Below, one piece after another: positions 38,890 to 48,035 of a stretch of DNA of 64,000 nt. A program made the translations under genes and the position numbers. The notes under the pieces are model-generated. The model was not told the origin of the DNA. It searched no databases and saw only the letters and a program-made list of their open reading frames with translations. Source of the stretch: an uncultured Pseudomonadota bacterium (GTDB lineage: Bacteria; Bdellovibrionota_C; UBA2361; CALMIO01); NCBI GenBank assembly GCA_937864035.1, contig CALMIO010000011.1:13957-77956 (forward strand), in the 5' to 3' direction. Within the stretch, counting starts at the first letter, position 1; every line of letters begins with the position of its first letter.

Positions 38890-39702
38890 TTGTTGGCGCG
38901 GATAGAATATTTTGCGATCGCCGCTTTTAGCTTGCTGATTATATTGGCGCAAGATGTCAACGCCGATAAAAACCATAAACAGCTAGGCAGACTTGACCTA
39001 AACACCCATTTTTTAAGCTCGATCGAAACGAGCCATCCAGCAATCAAATCAATTAAAATTAACGCCACAAAAAGCAGAGCCCCTGAAGCTATTTTAGCGA
39101 AAAAACTAGCCGATAAGGCAATTAGCGAGCTGGCGGCTCTTTTCGATCCGCAACCGCATCTTAAGGTGGCAATTAACCTTCTTGAAAGAATGGATTTTTT
39201 GGCGGTCACCGGAGCTCCCGCTTGGACAAACGCCTTATTTTTAAACGGAGAGGTTTATATTCCTCTTGATAAAGAGTCAATATCTCATGATCTGCTTTCG
39301 CAAGCGATACGCCATGAACTGCTTCATCTCTATCTTGGACACATTAGCGGAGGTAAAATTCCAGGCTGGCTTGACGAAGGCTTAGCGATGCACTTTGAGC
39401 AAAATAAGGAGCTTCATATCTTAATCTCGCTTTACAAAGAGTGGACAAGAAGCAACTCGCCATTTAGAGCTGTCAAGTTAAGAACCGGTTTCACAAAGTT
39501 TATCCCCGAAGAGGTCCCTCTCGCTTACGCACAATCGCTGATATCTTCTCAGTTGCTTTTGCAAAAGTATGGTTTTAACAAACTCAAAGAGTATCTTAAA
39601 AATTTAGCCGAAGGATATGGACCAGATGACGCCTTTTATAAAACTTTTCAAATATCAGAGGACGATTTCTTTAACGAAACCCAGACAAGAATCGGGTATT
39701 AA
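38890..39702 (+). CDS. Secreted hypothetical protein with HExxH motif (putative MA-clan zinc peptidase-like)
   Basis: RHELLHLYLGH...GWLDEGLAMHFE has HExxH plus a downstream Glu. TTG at 38890 is 9 nt after the GGAGG RBS and yields a good signal peptide (LARIEYFAIAAFSLLIILAQDVNA|DK). The ORF track extends to an upstream TTG at 38869. Confidence 0.5.
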   Translation: MLARIEYFAIAAFSLLIILAQDVNADKNHKQLGRLDLNTHFLSSIETSHPAIKSIKINATKSRAPEAILAKKLADKAISELAALFDPQPHLKVAINLLERMDFLAVTGAPAWTNALFLNGEVYIPLDKESISHDLLSQAIRHELLHLYLGHISGGKIPGWLDEGLAMHFEQNKELHILISLYKEWTRSNSPFRAVKLRTGFTKFIPEEVPLAYAQSLISSQLLLQKYGFNKLKEYLKNLAEGYGPDDAFYKTFQISEDDFFNETQTRIGY

Positions 39703-39796
39703 ACAACCGCTGGATTTTCGGGTGGCACGCTAGCAGAAAGTCTCACCGCAAAGCGCTATCGCCAAATACCGTTAAAGCGGCAACTTACAATGTATG

Positions 39797-39823
39797 AATT
39801 AAAAAACACTTTTAAAAAGTGTA
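39797..39823 (-). terminator. Candidate rho-independent terminator for repeat-protein gene 1
   Basis: Perfect inverted repeat ACACTTTT/AAAAGTGT at 39806-39822. On the minus strand it is followed by a TTTTTT run (39800-39805). About 45 nt past the gene stop. Confidence 0.35.
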
Positions 39824-39867
39824 TTGAGAAAACAAATTGCCTTCATGCGAGGAGTGGATAAGTTTTG

Positions 39868-41685
39868 TTAATTGATGAATTTATTATCCATCTTATTTAA
39901 TAAGTTGTAGAAAATTTCGTTTGTTATTTCTGCTATGAGTTGTCTTTGGTTCTGATTAAATGGCACCCCTGCTTTTTGAGCATTATTGGCAACAGACATC
40001 AAGAAGGAGAACGCTTGTTCAACGTCGCCGTATTCTAATATCTTTAGTGCGCTCCTTAAGTTCACATCAATCGCTTCGGTATTTCCTAATCTTACAATAT
40101 GTTTAATTTCGTTTTCGTCTATTTCGATATCAGCTGTTTTAGCGTTTTCGAAAACCTTTAATAGATATTTTTGCATTTCCTCGACTTCGCCAGCCGCTGC
40201 CAAGTCTTGCGCTTGGGCTAAATTAAGAGGAATCGCATTTTTATTTGCCAGCTTAATGATACGTTGCATTCTCTCTTCTTCTGCGGAAGAGAAACGGATG
40301 CCGATTTTTTCGACGCTCCTGCGAGCCGCTAAAATGCAATCTGTTACTTCATCAAGCGCACCCAATTTTGCTAGCTGCTCGGCGCTAAACAAATTCATAG
40401 GAATTGCGTTTTTGTGCGCCAACTCAACTAATTGGTTTATTCGAGTTTTTTGCGCCTGAGTTAATTCGACTTTGGTGTCTTCAGCGACTTTCAGCATTGT
40501 CGCCACCAAACTTTCGACAAAATCAGCTTCACCACGAGGGGCGTATTCTAAAGCTCGGTTAAAATCCAAAAGAAACGCCTTTTCAAAAATACCTTTTATT
40601 GTTCTTTTTTGTTCTTCCAAAAGTTCAATCTCGGCCTTATCAGCATTTTTGTACGCCATGGCGACTAATTGCCCTGCTTGACGAGTGAAGCCGAATTTTA
40701 ATTTTTCCTCGGCTTTAGCTAAATTAACAACCAGCGCTTTAGCATGTGCCAGTTTAACAATGTCCCCCATCTCCTCGATTTTTTTAGGAGTCAGCTCGAC
40801 ACCGATTTTGCGGCAGGCTGATCTAATTTTTAACAACAACTCCTCTACTTTACCAGTATCGCCAACAGAGGCATGGCGCGACGCCAGTTCTAAAGCCATG
40901 ATAATTGCTTTCTCAAAAACACTTTTTATTTTCTCTGTTTGTTTCTCAGTAAGTTTAATTTCGGCTTCTTGGGAATTTCTGTAAACTTGAGCTATGAACG
41001 ACGCCGCTTCATCAACAAGACCTTTTTTCGCTTCCTCTTCAGCCTTAGCTAAGTTAACACAAATTGCGTTGAGATTTGCCAGTTTGACAATCAGTTTCAG
41101 ATTTTTTTCCTGTTCATCAGAGAGCTTAACTTTAGTTTCCTCGCAGTTAAATTCAACCAGTGATATACAACGCTTTGTCAAACAGACGTCGCCGATTGCC
41201 GCCGCTTTTTCTGCCTCAATCAACTTGACAGAAATCTCATTAATCATTGCAACCCTAATCATCTCTCTTATGGATTCCTTGTCAATTTTAACTCCTGCTT
41301 TTCGAGCTCGCGCAAGAGCCTCTCTTACATAAAACCGTACTTCATTGGCATCCCCTGATAACGCTTTTAATGAGGCTTTCTTTAAATGATTTGCTATTTC
41401 AATCTCGGCTCGAGTAGGTATTGTCGGCTGATTGCCTTTGGTAATGTTTTGTCGCGAGTTGTCAACGCGGGCACCCAGCGGATTAGTAGAGCGATCGCAA
41501 TCATTTTTGACAAAAGCTCCTTCCATTGGCGCTGGCGGAAGAGTGACTGCAAACACCGTCGAGGCTAAGAGCTTTAATAAAAAATTTTTTTGCTCATTAT
41601 TAGTTTGGAGTTTATTAGGCAACGGCGCGGGAATTTGCCTTTGCCTTTTGAACACCTCGTTTTTTAGAGGATCAGTTTTTGGCAT
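39868..41685 (-). CDS. Secreted alpha-helical tandem-repeat protein, paralog 1 (about 57-aa repeats of the form L-T-x-E-Q-x3-I...LA-h-x-NAI-x-VNL-x-KA-x-E...NA-x-KA)
   Basis: The ORF track starts at 41769, but those 28 codons overlap the conserved promoter (-35 TTGATT to -10 TATTGT). The start is probably the Met at 41685 (MPKTDP...), followed by a hydrophobic signal-like segment (KNFLLKLLASTVFAVTLPPAP). At least 7 internal repeats. Paralogous to the next gene. Confidence 0.65.
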   Translation of the reverse strand: MPKTDPLKNEVFKRQRQIPAPLPNKLQTNNEQKNFLLKLLASTVFAVTLPPAPMEGAFVKNDCDRSTNPLGARVDNSRQNITKGNQPTIPTRAEIEIANHLKKASLKALSGDANEVRFYVREALARARKAGVKIDKESIREMIRVAMINEISVKLIEAEKAAAIGDVCLTKRCISLVEFNCEETKVKLSDEQEKNLKLIVKLANLNAICVNLAKAEEEAKKGLVDEAASFIAQVYRNSQEAEIKLTEKQTEKIKSVFEKAIIMALELASRHASVGDTGKVEELLLKIRSACRKIGVELTPKKIEEMGDIVKLAHAKALVVNLAKAEEKLKFGFTRQAGQLVAMAYKNADKAEIELLEEQKRTIKGIFEKAFLLDFNRALEYAPRGEADFVESLVATMLKVAEDTKVELTQAQKTRINQLVELAHKNAIPMNLFSAEQLAKLGALDEVTDCILAARRSVEKIGIRFSSAEEERMQRIIKLANKNAIPLNLAQAQDLAAAGEVEEMQKYLLKVFENAKTADIEIDENEIKHIVRLGNTEAIDVNLRSALKILEYGDVEQAFSFLMSVANNAQKAGVPFNQNQRQLIAEITNEIFYNLLNKMDNKFIN

Positions 41686-41740
41686 AAACCTTATGACACC
41701 AACGCGATCAAAACTTTCGCGAAAAGCCATTCTTAATACA

Positions 41741-41769
41741 ACAATACCACCAAAACAATCTTTAATCAA
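41741..41769 (-). promoter_or_regulatory. Sigma-70-like promoter of repeat-protein gene 1 (TTGATT-17 nt-TATTGT)
   Basis: The -35/-10 pair and spacer are conserved at the DNA level with the region upstream of the paralog (43845-43874), while the reading frames there differ by 1 nt. This conservation pattern fits regulatory DNA rather than coding sequence. Confidence 0.35.
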
Positions 41770-41977
41770 GAAAAAGCGAAAAAAAAGGACGTAAAAAGCG
41801 ATTTTTTATTTTCTTATGCCATTTTGTCGGACAGCAAAATAAAATCAGTCAGCAAAATGAGTAATCGCTCCTTGCTACAAAGATATTGTTTCTCAAACTG
41901 GTAAGGGGGCACTTCGCGCCATGAAGCTTACACAATCACAGCGACACAAAGAGACATTAAAAAAATTGTTAAATAGG

Positions 41978-43702
41978 TTAATATATATTAAGAAGCTTGT
42001 TGATTGTTTCCACTATTTTTTCTTGTTTCTCATTAAACTTGATTTCTACTTTTTCGGCATTTTTGCGGGCAAAAGACAAGAATAACATCGCACCTTGAAC
42101 ATCGCCTTTTTTCGCCCTTTCTAATGCTTTACTTAAATTAACATCAACCCCATTGGTATGTGCTAATATCAATATAGCTTCGATTTCTTTTTGCAGTTTA
42201 TTATCTGGCTCCAGATTAGCTTTTTTAAGCTTGTCGAGAATTGTTGATGTGATTATTTCAACCATACCCACATCACCAGCTTCTGCTAGCTCTTTCGCTT
42301 TAGCCAAGTTGCGAGGAATCGCTTTTTCATGTGCCAGCCGAATGATGTTTTCCATTAGTTTTTCTTCTTCCTTAGTCGGCTTTAGATTGGCTTTTTTAAA
42401 ATTCTCGCGAGCATTTGATATAAACATCTCCGCCATACTGGTCACACCAGCTTCCGCTGATTCTTTCGCTTCAGCTAAGTTGCGAGCAATAGCATTAAGG
42501 TTCGCTAGCCTAATAAATTCCTTCATATCCTTCTTTGTCTCCTGAGCAAGCTCTAATTTGGCTCTTTGTGCATTACTTTCAACCTGAGACACTAACATCT
42601 CTACCCAATAATGCTCGCCGCGAGAGGCGTGCTCCGAAGCTTTTGTAAGAACTATATCAACCACCCCATAAAAAACCTTTTTTATCTTATCTTTTTGCTC
42701 CGAAGTAAGTACAACCTCTGCCTTCTCGGCATGATCGTAAGCAATGGATATGAATATCCCTATTTCATCAATATAACCAGATTTTAATTTTTCCTCAGCT
42801 TTTCCCAAATTAACGTCAATCGCGTTGCGGTGTGCAAGTTTAAGATAATTTTGAATTGTCTTTTTTTGTTCCAAACTAAACTCAATCCCAGTTTGTTGAA
42901 AACAATTCTTAATTTTCGACACCAATATCTCTACTCTATAAGCGTCACCCAAAGAAGCATGTTGAAATACTTCCTTTAAGGCAATATCAACCGCCTCTTC
43001 AAAAACAGTTTTTATTGTCTTTTTTTGTTCCTCAGTGAGCTCAACCTGAGCTTTTTTCGCATTGCGATAAACTGTGGCAATCAATCCACCTACACTATCA
43101 ACCTCGCCATCTTTGGCCAGTTGCTGAGCTTTATATAAATTAACATCAATCGCGTTTTTATTTGCTTCTTGAGGGATTATTTTTGCCAGCTCTTGTTGTT
43201 CTTCAGTTAGCTCAATTCCCTTTTTTTGAGCATTTTCAAGAGTTTCAGATAACAAAATCTCCGCTTCTGCAGCGCGTCCAAACGCGGCTAGCCTAATTGC
43301 CTTATCTAAATTATTAAGAACTCGGTTGACCTTCGCGAGCTTAATAAGTTCTTTTATATCTTTTTTTTGTTCATCGGTAATTTTAATGTCCAGTTGTTGA
43401 GCCTCATCCAGAGCTTTTTGTACACAAAACTCTACTCCATCAACATCACCAAGGAACGCTCTTTTCGACACCTCCTTTAAATGAGCTATTATCTTTAGCT
43501 CAGCTTTAGTTGGTACTCTTAAATTGTCGTCATTTGGAATGACTTCTTTGGCTCTTGAGTCAAGAAGGGCGACTAATATATTACGAGCGCCATCGTAATC
43601 TTGAGGTTTAAAGTTTTGCTTAACAATATCTTCAGCCGATGGGAGCGCCAAGACTGCCGTGGCTAGAAATCCCCAAAGACGGCTCTTTCCATTTGGCGAC
43701 AT
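41978..43702 (-). CDS. Secreted alpha-helical tandem-repeat protein, paralog 2
   Basis: The Met at 43702 gives a canonical Sec signal peptide (MSPNGKSRLWGFLATAVLALPSA|ED). The ORF track starts at an upstream GTG (43786). Repeats such as IKLAKVNRVLNNLDKAIRLAAFG..., IPQEANKNAIDVNLYKAQQLAKDGEV..., IRLAHEKAIPRNLAKAKELAEAGDV... Confidence 0.65.
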   Translation of the reverse strand: MSPNGKSRLWGFLATAVLALPSAEDIVKQNFKPQDYDGARNILVALLDSRAKEVIPNDDNLRVPTKAELKIIAHLKEVSKRAFLGDVDGVEFCVQKALDEAQQLDIKITDEQKKDIKELIKLAKVNRVLNNLDKAIRLAAFGRAAEAEILLSETLENAQKKGIELTEEQQELAKIIPQEANKNAIDVNLYKAQQLAKDGEVDSVGGLIATVYRNAKKAQVELTEEQKKTIKTVFEEAVDIALKEVFQHASLGDAYRVEILVSKIKNCFQQTGIEFSLEQKKTIQNYLKLAHRNAIDVNLGKAEEKLKSGYIDEIGIFISIAYDHAEKAEVVLTSEQKDKIKKVFYGVVDIVLTKASEHASRGEHYWVEMLVSQVESNAQRAKLELAQETKKDMKEFIRLANLNAIARNLAEAKESAEAGVTSMAEMFISNARENFKKANLKPTKEEEKLMENIIRLAHEKAIPRNLAKAKELAEAGDVGMVEIITSTILDKLKKANLEPDNKLQKEIEAILILAHTNGVDVNLSKALERAKKGDVQGAMLFLSFARKNAEKVEIKFNEKQEKIVETINKLLNIY

Positions 43703-43844
43703 TTGGTTCGCCGACGGCAGGTTTTGAAAAGATTGATTGCTTACTGTTGATTGGTTATTATTATTAATTTCTATCACATCTATCACAAATTGATTTATGA
43801 CGCCTATGCGATCAAAACTTCCACGAAAAAGTAATCTTTAAGAA

Positions 43845-43874
43845 GCAATACCAACAAAACAATTATTTAGTCAA
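43845..43874 (-). promoter_or_regulatory. Sigma-70-like promoter of repeat-protein gene 2 (TTGACT-18 nt-TATTGC)
   Basis: Homologous to the promoter of paralog 1. An in-frame TAA lies immediately upstream of the conserved block. Confidence 0.35.
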
Positions 43875-43997
43875 GAAAAACTGACAAAAATCAGAAAAAA
43901 GAGAATTTTTTGATTTTGTTTATACCGTTTTGCCAGAGAAGCAAAATCAACCCCCAAGAGGAATTGATTGACCCAATCGTAAAGATAATTTATTATT

Positions 43998-44285
43998 CTA
44001 CCCTTTGTCGTTAAATAATTTCTTAACGAGCTTGATAATTGCTTGAACAAAAACGCCGATCGCCGCAATTTTTCCAATTTGCGCCGCCAAGTCAGCCACC
44101 AGCGCTACCGCAGACGTTAGGCGATCGGGCTTTAATGCACCCTCTGCCAAAATGGCTTCTTGTGTAGCTTGCGGTAACCTGATCTGTTGAGAGGAAGATA
44201 GCAAAGAACCAGTTGCGCCCAAGTTGGTGTCGGTTAATTTAGGACCCACACAAAAGTCTGGCATATTGATATATTTTAGTAGCAA
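43998..44285 (-). CDS. Hypothetical small protein with C-terminal amphipathic helix (IGKIAAIGVFVQAIIKLVKKLF)
   Basis: 95-aa ORF between pgeF and the repeat-protein genes. No recognisable domain. Confidence 0.3.
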   Translation of the reverse strand: MLLKYINMPDFCVGPKLTDTNLGATGSLLSSSQQIRLPQATQEAILAEGALKPDRLTSAVALVADLAAQIGKIAAIGVFVQAIIKLVKKLFNDKG

Positions 44286-44399
44286 AACACTATAAAACTT
44301 AGCTTTGCTTACTCTCTTGAGAGTAAAAAAACAAATTTATTGACCTAAATCCTTATAATACCTACAACACGGTTGGTAGTCAAGAAAAATCGAACAACC

Positions 44400-45173
44400 T
44401 TAAACGACCCAAAAGGTAATATTTCTACCAGTATCCATACCCTGTCTGCGAGCTGAATATAGGCGAGGATCGGAGATCGTGCATAAACCAACCGAATCAA
44501 AAATAAAACCTCCTTTGCCGCAAACAACTTCAATTTGCTTACGCACAATCGCCGGCATATCTAAAAGATATTTACTCGGCTTGCCGGCAATCTCTTTGTA
44601 AACGCTCTCGTTGCCAATAGCCTCCAACACATCGTCGCCAACTTCATACTTTTCCGGTCCTGCGCAACTTCCTAAAAGTACCAGCGGAGGCTTGCTTGAA
44701 GGATTTTTTTCCAAAATAATTTTTAAAGCTTTTTTAATAATTCCATTAGCCAACCCTCGCCAACCTGCGTGCAGTAATGCCACGAGCTCACCCGCTTTAA
44801 TCAACAAAGTTGTGCAATCAGCCGAAAAAACTCCAAAAGCATAGCGCTCCAAGCCGTAAGCCGCCAAACGCGTTGTGATAATCCAACCGTCCCCTTCAGG
44901 CAAACAAGAAATATCATTCGCGGGATGACGCTTCGCAAAATCATCAAGAGCGGCTTGCCCCTCGCTTAAATCAACAACACGATCAGAATGAATTTGTTTA
45001 AAATAAAATATCTTTGACAGTCCCAGCAATTCAGCAACCCGCGCTGCCGTCTTGTCCCGTTGTCCGTTTTCACCATGCAAACCGTAACCAAAACCATGCA
45101 AATAGCCTGCAGACAAAAGATCACTGTTCGCCAAAAACTCAAATTCAGATATTTTTTTCAGCTCAAATCCCAT
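44400..45173 (-). CDS. pgeF: Purine nucleoside phosphorylase / laccase-domain protein PgeF (YfiH, DUF152)
   Basis: 257 aa. QIHSDRVV, LHAGWRG and C-terminal CTISDPRLYSARRQG motifs. Overlaps rluD by 16 nt (the rluD-yfiH pairing is conserved in Proteobacteria). Confidence 0.8.
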   Translation of the reverse strand: MGFELKKISEFEFLANSDLLSAGYLHGFGYGLHGENGQRDKTAARVAELLGLSKIFYFKQIHSDRVVDLSEGQAALDDFAKRHPANDISCLPEGDGWIITTRLAAYGLERYAFGVFSADCTTLLIKAGELVALLHAGWRGLANGIIKKALKIILEKNPSSKPPLVLLGSCAGPEKYEVGDDVLEAIGNESVYKEIAGKPSKYLLDMPAIVRKQIEVVCGKGGFIFDSVGLCTISDPRLYSARRQGMDTGRNITFWVV

Positions 45174-46207
45174 CTTTCAAATATTTTAATCAACTCTTTA
45201 AAATCATCTGGCAAATCAACGTAAAATTCAACTCTTTTGTGAGTGCGTGGATGAACAAAAGAGAGATACTCAGCGTGCAAAGCCTGTCTGCCAAAATCAG
45301 CCGCGGCGCGGCGAAGCCCGGCTGGCAGAAGAGAAAAGTCTCCATATTTACTGTCTCCTAATACAGGAGCTTTCTGCGCGGCACAATGAACTCTAATCTG
45401 ATGCGTGCGACCGGTGCGGAGAGAAAAACCAACAAGATTAGCGTAAGAAGCTCTCTTAATAACTTGCCAATCAGAAACTGCGCGCCTGCCGCCGCCATTA
45501 CCACTCCCCGCCCCTTTAGGAACCATCTTTAAATAATCCCCTTTTTTATGACCGATTGCCAGATCTATCGTTCCCCGTTCGCAAAGATCAAAAACCCTTT
45601 TAGCGCGCGGAGTTGTCAAACATAACGCCAGATAGCGGCGATGAGCAACGCGCTCTGCTAACTGCTTTTCAATAACACCTTCTTTGATAATTTTTTTTTC
45701 AACAAAACGGGGCTTGAATTGTTCACTTAAAAACTTAAGAGCCTCACCGTTTTTCGCAACCACCATCAAACCAGTAGTGTCTCGATCAAGACGATGAACC
45801 AATCCTAAACGATCCTTATCGGCGAACGTGCCAACCGCCAACTTCGGAGATAAAATCCCAATTAAACTAATAGTCTTTGCTCCGCCAACCGGATGCGCCG
45901 CCAAACCAGCCGGCTTATTAACAATTAGCAGTTCTTGATCTTCATAAACAATTTGCACTAAACTGCCCATGGCAGAATCTATTCGAGAACTTTCATCTAG
46001 CTCGGAGCTAAAATTACACAGTATTTGATCGCCACTTTCAACAAATTCGCCTGCTTTGCGAACAATCTTTTGATTAATCAAAACGTTGCCAGCTTCAATA
46101 TTTTTTTTAATCCAAGAACGGGATACCTTTCGATTAGATCGGGCATTAAACTGGCGAGCCAAAAAAAGATCTAACCTTTCCCTTTCATTATCAACTTTAA
46201 ATTTCAC
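45158..46207 (-). CDS. rluD: 23S rRNA pseudouridine synthase, RluD/RluA family (S4 domain plus PseudoU_synth_2)
   Basis: 349 aa. N-terminal S4 (RLDLFLARQF...SRSWIKKNIEAGNVLIN) and catalytic LGLVHRLDRDTTGLMVVAKN. Confidence 0.9.
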   Translation of the reverse strand: MKFKVDNERERLDLFLARQFNARSNRKVSRSWIKKNIEAGNVLINQKIVRKAGEFVESGDQILCNFSSELDESSRIDSAMGSLVQIVYEDQELLIVNKPAGLAAHPVGGAKTISLIGILSPKLAVGTFADKDRLGLVHRLDRDTTGLMVVAKNGEALKFLSEQFKPRFVEKKIIKEGVIEKQLAERVAHRRYLALCLTTPRAKRVFDLCERGTIDLAIGHKKGDYLKMVPKGAGSGNGGGRRAVSDWQVIKRASYANLVGFSLRTGRTHQIRVHCAAQKAPVLGDSKYGDFSLLPAGLRRAAADFGRQALHAEYLSFVHPRTHKRVEFYVDLPDDFKELIKIFERWDLS

Positions 46208-46231
46208 CGATTAGCCACTAACTAAGATTAA

Positions 46232-47194
46232 TTACTTAACTCCGAAAAAATTTTTCGCCTCTACGACATCACTCAAAATCTGAGCTTTAAGCAAATTAAC
46301 ACTATCAAAACGAATCTCTGGACGAAGTCTTTTGATGAAAGAAACTCCTATTAACTTGCCGTATAAATCAAACTTCTCCGGGGATAATATATGGCTCTCA
46401 ATAAAAGTTTGCGGCAGGCCGCCAGATTTGCCATCTTGACTGTTAAAGGTAGGGCGCAAACCAACATTAGTAATAGCCGGCAATACGCGCTCGCCAATCA
46501 AACACCGACTTAAATAAACTCCATTTGGGGGCAAAATCTGTCTGGTAGGTTTAATATTGGCGGTTGCCACTAGTTCAGCCGCACCGCGCCGGCTTCCACG
46601 AGCCACCCTGCCCCAATAAATAAAATCGCGCCCCAAAAATTTACTAACTTGCTCAAAATCCCCAAGACGAATCAACTCCCTTATTTGACGCGAACCGATC
46701 TTGTCTCCACTCTTGCTCGCCAACAAGCTAACAATCTCGCATCGCCTACCAGCGGCAGAAAAAATCTCTTTGAGACGCTGGGCTGTGCCAACCGCCCCAG
46801 CCCCCAAACGAGCATCTTCGCCAACATATAAATTGTAAATATTAAGAGTTTGAAAAAAAATCCTCTGACTAAACTCTTCTGCTGTCATGGCGGCAACCTC
46901 TTTGCTGAAGCGAAGCAGGTAAAGTTTGCTAAAACCACGCTCTTTTAAAACACGATACCGTTCTCGAAGCGGAGTAATCACAAAACCCCGAGAGGGCATT
47001 TTCCCAAAAAAAATCGCTGGATGAGGATAAAGAGATACAACTCCCTTTTCAAAATTTTTATCGTTGGCGATAACTTGATCAAATAAAAAATGATGGCCAA
47101 GATGCAAACCGTCAAAACTGCCGAACGCGGCGGCAAGCGGCTTAATCTCTCGAAATTGATCACACTCTTTTAAGGATAAGCGTCGAATGATCAA
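46232..47194 (-). CDS. ribF: Bifunctional riboflavin kinase / FMN adenylyltransferase
   Basis: 320 aa. FAD synthetase motif AAFGSFDGLHLGHHFLF. C-terminal riboflavin kinase domain (GRVARGSRRG..., PTFN). Confidence 0.9.
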   Translation of the reverse strand: MIIRRLSLKECDQFREIKPLAAAFGSFDGLHLGHHFLFDQVIANDKNFEKGVVSLYPHPAIFFGKMPSRGFVITPLRERYRVLKERGFSKLYLLRFSKEVAAMTAEEFSQRIFFQTLNIYNLYVGEDARLGAGAVGTAQRLKEIFSAAGRRCEIVSLLASKSGDKIGSRQIRELIRLGDFEQVSKFLGRDFIYWGRVARGSRRGAAELVATANIKPTRQILPPNGVYLSRCLIGERVLPAITNVGLRPTFNSQDGKSGGLPQTFIESHILSPEKFDLYGKLIGVSFIKRLRPEIRFDSVNLLKAQILSDVVEAKNFFGVK

Positions 47195-47215
47195 ATAAAA
47201 ATCTCTCTTTAGTTT

Positions 47216-47932
47216 CTATAACTTTTTGAGCTTTGCTTTGGCTTGATCGGCTTCGGTTGATTTTGGAAAATCTTTTACTAACTTTCTGAACACTAAAGCC
47301 GAAGTCTCTCTATCCCCCAGCTTAAAGAGAGATTCTGCCTGCCTTAGCAAAGCGTGCGGAGCTCGTTGATGCTTTGGATACCTTGTTACCAGATCATTAT
47401 AAGCACCGACCGCCTTACGATATTCACCATTGCCATCGTAACAAACACCCAACCAAAAAAATAAATTAGGCGTGTAAGGGCGATCATAACCATTTTCAAA
47501 CATACTAAGTAGCGCCGGAACAGCTAAAGAAAAAGAACCTTCGCGAATTTTCGCCAAAGCATCAATCAAAATCTTCGCCTCGTGCGCCGGAAGATTTGCC
47601 GCAAAATATTCATCATCAGTTAATTCAACATTAGGAACCCCGGGTGGTGGAGGCGTGCGTAATTTCAGATCGCCAACTTCGCGACGCAGGGCGCCAAGCT
47701 CCGAACCAAAGCGAGTCGTATTGATATGCTCAAGCTCATCAAGCCTACCGGCAATTTTCCTAAGATCATCCCTAATCGCCCCAATCTCAGCGGCCTGTTC
47801 AGCTTGACGACCCCTGATAGTCTCAACCGAGCCATCAAGCTCATCCAACTCCTGACGTACCCCTTTAGATCCTTGAGAACAAGCAACGGAAAAAAAGATC
47901 AACGGTACAAAAACAACTATTCTCAAAAACAT
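47216..47932 (-). CDS. cpoB: Tol-Pal system protein CpoB/YbgF (coiled-coil plus TPR)
   Basis: Signal peptide, coiled-coil (LRKIAGRLDELEHINTTRF...), proline linker, TPR C-terminus (PNLFFWLGVCYDGNGEYRKAVGAYNDLVTRYPKHQRAPHALLRQAESLFKLGD). Immediately downstream of pal. Confidence 0.75.
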   Translation of the reverse strand: MFLRIVVFVPLIFFSVACSQGSKGVRQELDELDGSVETIRGRQAEQAAEIGAIRDDLRKIAGRLDELEHINTTRFGSELGALRREVGDLKLRTPPPPGVPNVELTDDEYFAANLPAHEAKILIDALAKIREGSFSLAVPALLSMFENGYDRPYTPNLFFWLGVCYDGNGEYRKAVGAYNDLVTRYPKHQRAPHALLRQAESLFKLGDRETSALVFRKLVKDFPKSTEADQAKAKLKKL

Positions 47933-48035
47933 TTTAGGCTCTTATAAAACAGCGAACAGAACAAGCCCGAAACATAAAGCAAGTTCTGTTCGCCCCACTA
48001 GGAAAAGAATAGCTATTGTTTATAGCTACTCGGCG

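Noticed and set aside
41686-41769. N-terminal 28 codons of the six-frame ORF 39868-41769 (MIKDCFGGIVVLRMAFRESFDRVGVIRF) and the corresponding 43703-43786 segment of the paralog
   Set aside because: This DNA contains the conserved -35/-10 promoter pair. The homologous block upstream of the paralog is in a different frame with an in-frame TAA. It is conserved as nucleotide sequence, not as protein, so it is not coding.
39986-41794. Several plus-strand ORFs of 60-157 aa (39986-40459, 40472-40681, 40685-40984, 40994-41332, 41432-41794) and 42153-42545, all inside the repeat-protein genes
   Set aside because: They are antisense shadow ORFs of the long minus-strand repeat genes. Their Ser/Ala/Leu-rich low-complexity translations mirror the Lys/Glu/Ala-rich sense frame, and none has an RBS.
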